A DNA stretch of 64,000 bases from assembly GCF_006345805.1 (NCBI RefSeq), contig NC_043012.1:13020001-13084000 (forward strand), written 5' to 3'. Under the pieces are notes generated by a model. It did not search any database and was not told where the DNA came from. It saw only the letters and a program-made list of their open reading frames with translations. This DNA is from Octopus sinensis. Lineage: Eukaryota. The translations under genes were made by a program, and so were the position numbers. Shown here piece after piece: positions 53,029 to 64,000 of this stretch; position 1 is the stretch's first letter; each line of letters opens with the position of its first letter.

Positions 53029-53561
53029 TTCTTCTTCTTCACTTCTTCTTCTTCTTCTTCTACTTCTTCTTCTTCTTCACTTCTTCTTCTTCCTCTTCTT
53101 CACTTCTTCTTCTTCTTCTTCACTTCTTCTTCTTCTTCTTCACTTCTGCTTCTTCATCTTCTTCTTCTTCATCATCTTCTTCTTCTTCTTCATCTTCTTC
53201 GTCTTCGTCTTCTTCTCCCCTTCTACTTACTAACTTTATCACTAATGCTTTTTAGTATAACGCCTACGCAAATTCTATAAACAAATCTTTCAATAGAAAT
53301 ATTCTCATGAACTGCTAGCCGCCACAGACCAATCAAAATACAACAATCAAGGCACACCCAAATTTTCCCTCCTTCTCCTCATCATCCTTCTTCTTCTTCC
53401 CTACCAAGAATTCACAACGACCTCGAACCCACAAGTGTGAACAAGAGAGACAGAGCAAGGCAGAAACAAGGAAAATGCCACATACAAATATTACACTATA
53501 CAAATATTCCTTTAAAAAAACATTTCTTTTAATTTTTCTAAATATAATTATTTAATCGCTA

Positions 53562-53599
53562 CAGTTGAAAAGGTCTCAAAATGATTGAAACCGGTACTG
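53562..53599 (+). ncRNA. Hammerhead ribozyme, U3-A8 core variant (family D)
   Basis: CAG-UUGAAAA-GGUC-UCAAAAU-GAUU-GAAA-CCGG-UA-CUG; stem II held by G-U wobbles. Confidence 0.68.
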
Positions 53600-53641
53600 A
53601 AATGTTCTTTATAAAATTATTTTAGCACTTTCTATTTTGAC

Positions 53642-53672
<31 letters not shown>

Positions 53673-54657
53673 CGTATATGTATATATGTATAAATATATA
53701 TATATATATGTGTGTGTGTATGTGTGTGTTTATGTATGTATGTGTATATATATATATGTATATATATATACATAAATATATGTATATATATACGCACCAA
53801 CCTACGTGAGGTTTTTCTACTACGCCAGCAGCAAGTACACTGATAAATACTACTGTATGCATACATTAAATGTGTACATGTGTTTGTGTATTATTTGTAT
53901 GCGATTGTGCGTTATCAATATATGTATAGGTCTATGTGTATTTATTGTTGTACAGTATGTTCTCTCTATCTCACTTCCCCTCTCTGTTTTACTCTCCCTC
54001 TTTCACTCTATATATAGCAGTCGATAAGAGCGAGATCGAGAGAAAGAGAAAGATAGAGACTGTGAAATGCAAATCGATATTGTGTATTTTAGATTCCATA
54101 AATATGTTTTTAACGTCTTTAACATCTATATGGTATTCAGAAACCAAGACTACTTTAAGAATGTACTGAAGCATTAATAATGACAATAACGAAAAAAAAT
54201 GTTTAAGTATTGTTCAGAAGCCACCTAAATGTTTATTAACTATTTCGTATACACTATATAAACCGGAGTACAAAATAAGCCAGCAACATACAGAATGCAT
54301 ATATATATATATATATATATACGTAGTCATTTACGCAAAAACAGACACATACCAAACTTCGAGACTAATTTGTTTCCACTTGTCCACTTTCCTACCCGAA
54401 CAATACACAATGCGCTGTTCATTCTACCCTATTCACTTAATTCACACAACGATACTTAATGAATAAAACAAAATCAATCCGATGTTTTACTTTTTCTTTT
54501 TTTTTTCAGAATATTACCTAAATATTACATTTATTTATATCACACAGAATTGTGATCTACCAGGCCCCGAAACTTAACTAAATTTTCACTTTTTTATATA
54601 ACAAATGCACACTTTTATGTACACGTTGGTGGTGCGTGCCTGTATCTCTATATGTTT

Positions 54658-54698
54658 CTATCTATCTATCTATCTATCTATCTAATTATCTATCTATC

Positions 54699-54771
<73 letters not shown>

Positions 54772-54782
54772 ATGTCTGTCAG

Positions 54783-54846
<64 letters not shown>

Positions 54847-54880
54847 CCTATCTATCTGTCTATCTACCTACCTACCTACC
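54658..54880. repeat. (TCTA)n / (CCTA)n tetranucleotide array
   Basis: Direct inspection. Confidence 0.95.
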
Positions 54881-54941
54881 TACAATAACTAGCTAGATAT
54901 TTACCTGTCTTTTTATCTACATAACTATCTATTTATCATTA

Positions 54942-55110
54942 GATTGCGGCCATGCTGGGGCACCGTCTTGAAATTTTAGTCGAATGAATCAATCACAATA
55001 CCTATTATTTTAAGCTTAGTACTTATTATATTGCTCTTTTTGCAGAACCGCTAAGTTAAGGGTAGGCAAACAAACCAACACTGGTTGTCTAGTGCAAGTG
55101 GAACACATAC
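54942..55110 (-). mobile_element. SINE family B-type 3' fragment
   Basis: GCGGCCATGCTGGGGCACCG..GAACCGCTAAGTTA..CAAACCAACAC. Confidence 0.75.
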
Positions 55111-55140
55111 ACAAAGACACATATAGATATACACACAAGC

Positions 55141-55178
<38 letters not shown>

Positions 55179-55189
55179 GCCATGTTGAT

Positions 55190-55390
55190 TCGCTAGCTTC
55201 TGCACGCATTTTTTACTCTCCTTGTTTCTCTCCGTGTTTCTTTCCTGTGTATCTTTCTGTTGAAGAGCGTAGGCTCGAAACGTAAAAGACTTGTTTTATT
55301 TATATTCCTGGGCACCATACTAATACAATTGTTTGTTTGTATTCCACTGGCCTTCGTTTTTTGTTTATTTTCATAAAGCTTCCCGCTATA
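55190..55390 (+). mobile_element. Hammerhead-bearing repeat family E
   Basis: Matches 34245-34378; a 25-27-bp inverted copy of its end lies across the adjacent (TA)n at ~55430-55457. Confidence 0.78.
55252..55289 (+). ncRNA. Minimal type I hammerhead ribozyme (family E)
   Basis: UCUUU-CUGUUGA-A-GAGC-GUAG-GCUC-GAAA-CG-UA-AAAGA: 5-bp stem I, 4-bp stem II, GUA site. A6 is U. Confidence 0.68.
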
Positions 55391-56004
55391 TATATATATA
55401 TATATATATCTATATATATATATACACAACGGGAAGCTTTATGAAAATAAACAAAAGCCCCTTGTGGGTAGTAAAGAAATATATATATATGCGCGTATGT
55501 GTGTATGGGAGAGTGAGAGTGAGAATAAGAGAGAAAGAGAGAAAGAGGTAAAGTAAATTTTATTCACAAATTATGTATTATGAACTAATTATAGAATATT
55601 AGGGAACAATTTTACATTATATAACGCAGCTTGGTATTTCCATAGAAGCCTTCCACTTAATAAAGTCGTTATAACTGAGGCATACTTTATGTTTTTGTGA
55701 AGCGAGAGAGTAACATGAAGAAACATAAAATCGTTTTGATGCCCGGGAATTCTATAAAATGCCTTATAGAAATCTGTCACTTTTTTGTTGCAGAAGTAGA
55801 CTAATGACATCTTAGACTGATTAGTTACCATGTTTTGAAAATCATTTAAGCAGCTTTATCGCCTTCTCTATAATTGCACAGGCATCCAAGAAAAGATTAC
55901 ATATTGATATTACTAGTATACGTTGCTTTTTACTCTATATTACTGTTGATTTTCATCATACCGTTGCTGCTGCTGCTGTTGCTTTTGTTGTTTTTTTTTT
56001 TGCT

Positions 56005-56308
56005 ATTTGTAAGACCCGCAGAAGAGAAATCAGGTCAACCCCCCGACAACGAGAGCATCGACAGATGAATGAATGCACATCCAGGCGCAGCGGTTGCGTA
56101 GGAAGTCGGGGACAAAAAGCAGGAAGAGAGAGTGAGAGAAAGTTCGGCGAAAGAGTACAACAGGGGTCGCCACCATCCCCTGCCGGAGCCTCGCGGTGCT
56201 TTCAGGTGTTTTTGCCCAATAAACACAGACACCGACCGGTCTGGGAATCGAAACCACGATCCTCCGACCGCGAGTCCACTGCCCAAACCACTGGGCCATT
56301 GTACCTCC
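56005..56308 (-). mobile_element. SINE with family-A head and a fourth tail type
   Basis: TGGCCCAGTGG A box, GGTTTCGATTCC B box; tail GTCCCCGACTTCCTACGC..GTTGTCGGGGGGTTGAC. Confidence 0.85.
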
Positions 56309-57977
56309 TTACCGTTGCTGCTGCCCTCCATAGAAAACACAACTTTTGCACTGTGTATGTGGGTGTGATTACTCCACTTAATGAATACATGTAAAAGATC
56401 AAGTGATTGCGTAAATACAACATTACGACTCCAGGGACGAAGCTACATTTGTTCTTTCCAATAGAAATAGCAGGCAAATATCTCTCCATTACACTCTACT
56501 TTCTTTTGTCATGAAATTGACACTTAAGATTTTTGCTTACCACTGAGAAGACGGGAGAAACGTGTTTATATGACTATCTTAAACAGAAGTACTGGTGTTA
56601 ACAAATATGCCATTGTTTTAGTATGTCATAGATTTCTGCGCGAACTCAGTGAGATTTGTCGTGGCAAATTTAATGAGATTTGTCGTGGCTGCCACTGTCA
56701 TCTACTGAAAAGTGTAACACAGGAGGGAAAAAATATTGAGCACATTTTCTCTAAATCAACATTCTAAAGAGACACATTCTTTGATGTTGTGCTTCTTGTG
56801 TGATACGTTTTGCACAACGGACAACTTAAAGCCATCTCCAAGACATTTCATGTTTTTAGAACACTTTTATATGTCTGGTACACTGGTACCCAGATCCATT
56901 CTGCTGTAGCACCACCTAATTTTTCTGTGGATATTTTCCAGGGGATTTTCAGGATCATTAGCTAACGACGAGAATAGAGTCAGAAATAAAAGCCTTGTGA
57001 TGACCTCTGCCTGAAACTCCACGTCATAATATTATACAGTACAATTTCATGCATTCATAATGTGAAGTGAAGTATGAAGTTAGGAAGATGTTTCTTGTTG
57101 AAAAACTCAAACACCATTTCCTCTCTTATTCATCTTATTTCACAACTGATATTTACCAGTTGCTAAAAGTAGTTTCTATCTACAGATATAAAAATGGCAG
57201 CGTCTACATATTACAAATTTCGTGGAAAATTTATGTTGTTTTTGTGTTAGATTTGCAATCATCAGTTACTACTTTTCTTATTCACTCATCAGTGTATGTA
57301 TATGCGTATATATCTATAGATGGGTGGAAAACACTGTGTGTGTGTGTGTTTGTGTGTGGATGTATATAAGCATTACTTATTTATAATGTATATATGTCTT
57401 CATGTTGCATTTGATATGTTAATATTAGTTCACATGATTGTGTAAACGGAAAAAAAAACATACATATTAAGTTTATGTTAATATATCACTTGAGTTATCT
57501 ATCAAACATGAGATTTGAATGAACCCTGACATGCAAACAGTTTCCTATAAAACTCAAAACAAACAGAAGCACAGTTAATGGAATTTTAATCAAATTTAAA
57601 TATATCAAATTAGCAGATGTGTCTGCCAACAATTTTGTACAGTGAGAAACTTGATAAACACTTTGCAGACTTTCGAAAAGGTGATTGAAAACTATTTCAA
57701 AGATATGCGCAGACGTGTCAAATGAGACAGTGCTAAAAATAAAGGAGATGTGTGATGCTATGCAGATATTTCACGCAAATGATAAACATTAATCTCCATT
57801 CATGGAATACGACTTACACGACAATCTGTTTTATAGTAAAAAATTTATGTGTTGTATAAGATGTATCTTACAATTATCTGAATTAGATTTATTTCCGTAA
57901 AATGTATTTCTGTATCTTTCAAATACAAACTAAACTCTGAAGTACGTCATTTATCATCTACTTCTTTCCTGTTATCA

Positions 57978-58305
57978 GACTGCGACCATGCTGGGGCACC
58001 GACTTCAATTTTAGTTGAATGAATTAACCCCTGTACTTCTTTCTTTCTTTTCTTTTTCTTTTCTTTCTTAATTTATTTTGTTTTTGCTTTAAACCTGGTG
58101 CTTATTCCATTGGTATATTTCGTTGAACTGCCTTGTTACAGGGAACCAAACACAAGCACAATTTGTCAAGCTGTGGTGATGGTGGTGATAAAAACAGAAA
58201 AATGACACGCATGCACACACATTATGCATGTGTATATATATATAAACAGACAGACAGACACACACACACACACACACACACCACATATATATATATATAA
58301 TATAT

Positions 58306-58338
<33 letters not shown>

Positions 58339-58481
58339 GTACGGCGGCTTCTTTCACTTTCTGTCTGACAAATCCACTCAGAAGGCTGTGGTCGGTCCGA
58401 AGCTATAGTAGAAGACACTTACTCGAGGTCCCACTGAACCTGTAACCACGTGGTTTGCAAGTAAGATTCTTACCACACAGC
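57978..58481 (-). mobile_element. SINE family B, old full-length copy
   Basis: Head 58340-58481, microsatellite, body and tail to 57978. Confidence 0.78.
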
Positions 58482-60326
58482 ACATATGTAAATATAGACA
58501 TATACATTTATAGGCGTGTAAGTTTAAAACTGTAAAATGCGTAATTGCTTGTACACATACACACTCATACACATATAAGTATATATGCATATGTATTTAT
58601 TCATGTACATATACACACATATATTATATATATATGTTTGAGTTGATATACTTATATGGAAAGAGTGTATGTGCATGCGTTTGTGTGTTTGTATGTGTCT
58701 GTGTGCGTGTGAGTGTGCTATGCCTTAAAATAGCTCGCTAACTTTTGATGGAAACGTAGTAATATCGAAGTTAGAACGTCCTGGACATTTATATATATAT
58801 ATGCTACGACTGTACTATATTTAGGTGTAAGGGCAGCTTCACAAAGAAGCATGAGCTGAGAAGCACACACAAAGAAACACTTCAAGAGAGAGAACCAGGG
58901 AGAGAGATAGAGGCGGGTGGGTAGACAGACAGAAAATCAGAGAGAAAGAGGGAGAAGGAGGTGAGGAGAGAAGGCAATTCTAACTTTATCTAACCTGAAA
59001 TAAAGGCAATGTTAACCTCTGAGAAGTATGTTATCAGATCGGAGAGAGAGACATGTGATTACTTGAAGGCAGCCAAGCCCACGTTACAATAGTCAGATTA
59101 CTATTTTTTTATTGTGATGAATTTGTCTGAAATAACTTAAAATATTCTCTAATATTATTGTTTCAAATTATTCGTCATATTTTTCTCACATTTTATGAAG
59201 TGATTTTTGGAGATATCATTATCATTTTGTTTCAGTTCTCTTTCAGGAACTAGCATGTAAGTACCGTTTTAGCAGAACTTTAACCTAAAATGCCCTAAAG
59301 ACTTTTGCGTCATATTTTATTTATTTATTTATTTATTTATTTATTTTTGATGTAGACTTTCTGCCGACCTCAATAATTTCAGAAATTAACCAATATTTTC
59401 TTCGTGATTTTCTTTGGTGTTATATATTTCCGTTTCAATCAATTCAATCAAGACTAATGGTGCTATGTTAACAGCAATGATATTGCTTTTATAATTGTAT
59501 TCATTAATAATGGTAATTCTATGATTTCAAATCTGACTCTAGAATCTTCTGGCCGTTGACCTGATGTGATTTTAAGTAATAGTACTTGTTCTTGGGGTTA
59601 GTTTATTGCAGCCATTCTAAAGCTATTCACGTAGATCATTTTACAAAGAGTATTTCATTATATTGATTCAAGAGAGAAAAAGGAAATTATTATAAAAGTG
59701 ACCTATGCCAAATCCGAAGTATAGCATACCAATAGAGTTATTACTCTTAAATATATTAACTGGTTGTAGATGCCAAAATGTGGCTGATAAATTATTGATA
59801 ATAAACATTACAAAATGTCTAATTACTGAATACAAATGTTTCACTGATTCGACTTAGTACTGAGATGCAAGCAGACCTGAAACAAATTTGGAGCAGGAAG
59901 GAGATGTTACTGATGAACACGCGAATGGCGGTTAAAAGACTTTGAAAAACAAACTAATGATTAATCAAATACACTATGTATTAAATGGTTAAATCATTAC
60001 CCACTTTATAAACGAAGTGAAATAGAACCAGTACGTGTGTTTATTATTGCTTTAAGAATATACAGCCTATGCAACAATACAAGAAAATTCAGTGAGAAAG
60101 CTATTCTGCGACAAACAAAAATATAAAAAGATAAAATTCTTACAGAAAATTCTCTTTATGTGGGGCAAATTTAGATCTGAATTACTGAGGATTCATTCGT
60201 TAGACAACATAGGTAATAAAATAAATCGTGTGAGTTTTTACGCGGTTTCATATCCAGCGGAAATTTTTGGGAAGAAATTTTTCGACATGGATTTCGTTCG
60301 CCTCATTTATCTTCTTCAATGTTATG

Positions 60327-60423
<97 letters not shown>

Positions 60424-60630
60424 TTGTGTCTGTATGTTTGTGTGTGTGAGCCTGTGCGCATGTGGGTGTCGGTGGGTATCACAACGACCTTATACCCACA
60501 AGACTAAAAAGGAGAGACAGAGACAGGTAGGAACAATGAGAAATGCTCCTTGTATTTGAATACTATGCAAAAACTCTTTTAATCAACTTTTAATTAAATT
60601 TTTCCCAAATTTGATTGTTTTCGATACTTA

Positions 60631-60720
60631 GAGTTGAAAAATCTCAAAGCCTGAAACAGGTACTAAAATGGTATTTATGATAAATATATTTTAGCATTTT
60701 CTACCTTCACTTATTTTCCT
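60631..60720 (+). mobile_element. Decayed family-D terminal repeat
   Basis: GAGTTGAAAAATCTCAAAGCCTGAAACAGGTACTAAAATG..TTTTAGCATTTTCTA aligns to 53562-53647. Confidence 0.7.
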
Positions 60721-60723
60721 TAC

Positions 60724-60763
<40 letters not shown>

Positions 60764-60820
60764 ATACATACACACACACATATATATATATATTTGTGTG
60801 TGTATGTATATATAGGGAGA

Positions 60821-60870
<50 letters not shown>

Positions 60871-60874
60871 ATAT

Positions 60875-60914
<40 letters not shown>

Positions 60915-61019
60915 GTGTATGTATGTATATGTATGATATATATATGTATGTATGTTTATGTGTATGTATGTATGTACTTACGCTTATACATACATATATA
61001 TATATAGTATATATATATA

Positions 61020-61055
<36 letters not shown>

Positions 61056-61171
61056 TATATATACATACATGATTATAAATGTATAAATGCATGTATGTAA
61101 TGCTGTATGCAGAGATGTGTGTACATCAGTATTTAAGTCTATGTATATGTATATGTGTATATATATATATA

Positions 61172-61215
<44 letters not shown>

Positions 61216-62028
61216 CATGAACGATTAAACAGTTATCACATTTACGTCATGCATCTTTTCAAAAATAACAGGTTTTTCGCGGCCTTATCTTCATTCTACA
61301 ACATCTGTTTCTCGGAATATTTATATCAATCTTAATCTTGTAACATCTTACGCATTATTTTAACTCACATTTATCTTGACACTTTTTGTTTAATACCTAA
61401 ACAGCCTTTATCTAGGCTTTCAATCATCACCGAATATGTATTTTTCTGATATGTTTCACTTTGATAATATCAAAGATCATATTACAATATTAACCCAAAC
61501 TATCATTGCTCTATAACATCAAACGTTATCTGATATTGCAGTATTTTTCCTTGATCTTATAATATATATCTAATACACAGTTTTCTATCTAATCACACCT
61601 AAGTACAGAATTTCATTTGATTTACGCCAAAGACACGCATATATTTTCCTTGCAACTATATTAGAATAACAATTCTTTATACCTCTTGTATCTTTTGACG
61701 AATCTGCTATCAAACCGAGCTAGGTTCACGCTATCTCGATCGCTAAAAGTTCGGAAAGATATGATTAATGTCTCGCTTATTGGATCAGTATTTCTTTCAG
61801 ATTTCATATTAAATACAAAATTTAGATACATCATGTCTGACTGAAAAGAATATTTCAAGCGTGAAAACAACATACTAAAATATGATGTTGGATGCCTCAT
61901 AAATATGATGAATGCGTCTTGTATCGTGTACGTATATGAATAATATTCAGTCCTACTCGTCTTATGAAACACAAATTTTTAAGATCACATCTTTGATAGA
62001 TACTAAATAGCCGCAAAGTTACAGTAAT

Positions 62029-62070
<42 letters not shown>

Positions 62071-63169
62071 GTGTATGCGTTGTTTGTAAGTCTGTGTGTG
62101 CCTGTTTCTATTATGTATGTGTGTATATGTGGGAAAAGATATGCGTGTCTATTCCTGACTTATATTTTCTAATAAAATGTAATGATTAACAAATGAGACT
62201 TGATTTATTTAATCATGCCTCTTTCCATTCACCGTTCTAATCCTACTAAAGGTTATTGGTTTCTTGCCAAAATATACACGCCAATGACATAAATTATTAG
62301 TATTATAAGAATCGATCTATCCTAGTACTTTGGTAGATTCTTCAGGTAACGAAATACAAAAGATAAATTTAAAGTACGGTTGTGTGTGAAACTTCAAGGT
62401 CATAGTTTATGTGTGAGTAGCAGCGTTGCTAGGCTTATTTTCATTGAAATATATACACTGTATTTATAAATAATGTAATTTATGTAATATATTATCTATC
62501 TGTCATTGTACACGATGCAAATAGATATAAGAAATATAAGTCGAGTGGACACTGATGAAAATGAATCCTACTAATTAAAAGAAAACGACCCGAGATTTGT
62601 ATTTAATATATCATTTTCCACTATTGTTTAGTAACGGAAATATTTTAATTCCTTCCCATTATATTGGTTGGCTATTAAGGAAAATTAAACACGTTGTACT
62701 CTGTTACTAATGATCGAACATTAAGATAGATCATTACATTGGTTGTCGTTTTTGTGGATTTACAGATTTTATTCGTAATGGAATCGATAATGTTATTTGA
62801 AAATATCCTTCTATTTGTTTGTTGAGATAATTTTCTATCAGCCAATCCACTTAAGATTTATGTTTCACTTTTCCTCGATTAACTCATCATTGAACGTGTC
62901 TTGACGGGAGACAACTGCAATTTTTCTCTGATTGATGCTTTAGTGCACAGCATATGATTGATTACATCGAATATAATTATAGTGTGTGTTATACAAAACG
63001 ACATTCGTTCTAATTTAACCTCAATAATTTCAAATGATATTTTAAAGCGAATGTTATCTACTTCATGCAGCACTGCATTAACATTTCAAGAAATAAAATA
63101 TATTTGATTTAAATATGGTTTCAATTTTTGGCAAATACCCATCCGTTTTTGAGGAAAGAGGGAAGCTAG

Positions 63170-63322
63170 ATTTCATCGACCCCATTACTTCACTGGTGCC
63201 GGTTTGCGGAAAGATGAATAGCAAAGTCGACCGCGGCGGAATTTGAAATCTGAAGGTAAAGATGGACGAAATGCCGCTAAGCATTTTGTTCGGAGGTAGA
63301 ATGGTTTGTCAGCTCTCCACCT
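63170..63322 (-). mobile_element. SINE family C, decayed
   Basis: GCAAAGTCGAC..CGGCGGAATTTGAA..GACGAAATGCCGCTAAGCATTT. Confidence 0.8.
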
Positions 63323-64000
63323 CAAATTTCGTTCAATAATAAATACAAATGCCCTTATATAGTACATTTATAATACAAGCACACTTAAATGATAACATTC
63401 CTTCCGTTTAAGTGCAGAAGAGAAATCGTTTTAGGACTTATGAGAATTATGTACTACTTAATCTTCTGAATATTTGTGTTCTCACATATCAGATCTACTT
63501 TCTCTTTAGACATTCCATCGGCTAATGACAGTTTTGTAATTACTTGAGTTTAGTGGAAATTATTGTTACTTTCAGCCGTTATTATTTACCTCATTTGTTT
63601 ATCCTCTGCACTTGTACGTGACAGTGCAAATTATAGTTGATTATTGGAAAAATCTGTAGACAGTTTCAAGCAATACTACGAGTGTAATTTCTCCTTTCAA
63701 CTTTAAGCGATTTTCCGCGATTTTCAAAGATTAGAAAGCTAATTTCCAAATGGAAATGAACGAATCGCCAATATATCAAGTATTTAAACGGGGGATCAGA
63801 ATGTACTGAATAGTTATGCCATTAATATAGTTTATCACATAATGCATTAGCACTTAAATTCTGTATGGGGAAATATACAGTAAAACGACATCTCGTGGCA
63901 GGCAGAGCACTTCAAGAGATTCTAGACAAATCCATCACTGTTATATCGTGGATGTTATACATTAAATGTGTTCCATTAGAAATGACCTGTTGAGATTCGA

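Larger units (their letters stand above)
52010..53650 (+). mobile_element. 5'-truncated Penelope-like element (family D) bounded by inverted ~123-bp terminal repeats
   Basis: Arms 52047-52169 and 53525-53647 are reverse complements. Interior: KKCGRPNCGICDYLIEG..FTCDSENLIYTLTCSGCQEQYIGQTKNSLRKRM..H (GIY-YIG), then a (CAT)n/(CTT)n tract. Both ends abut microsatellites. Confidence 0.92.

Noticed and set aside
52830-53255. 141-aa poly-H/L/F/S ORF
   Set aside because: Translation of (CAT)n/(CTT)n inside the Penelope 3' region.
60631-60665. Family-D hammerhead as a functional ribozyme
   Set aside because: Stems I, II and III are broken; kept only as a decayed repeat.
61661-61972. 103-aa minus-strand ORF with an internal acceptor
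   Set aside because: No recognisable homology and a weak donor (GTATAA).

Overview
AT-rich eukaryotic DNA saturated with (TA)n, (CA)n, (TCTA)n and (TAG)n microsatellites and transposon debris. The repeat families and composition look like octopus (coleoid cephalopod) intergenic or intronic DNA; this is an inference from recognition, not a database result. No host protein-coding gene can be assembled with confidence, and most ORFs in the track are microsatellite translations. Supportable content: several modular tRNA-derived SINE families, one young 5'-truncated CR1/L2-group LINE, one old LINE, three Tc1/mariner relics, two Helitron relics (one split by a LINE and a SINE), three or four Penelope-like element (PLE) fragments, a 3 x 825 bp tandem triplication, and several long inverted repeats. 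The most striking signal is a set of minimal type-I hammerhead ribozyme (HHR) folds in five sequence variants (four unrelated families, one with two subfamilies) of PLE-type terminal repeats. They often occur as outward-facing inverted pairs abutting (TA)n. One family has a non-canonical core (UUGAAAA instead of CUGANGA) that preserves the 3-8 pair as U3-A8. All folds were assigned by eye, and no cleavage activity is shown. Coordinates of degenerate repeats are approximate (tens of bp).
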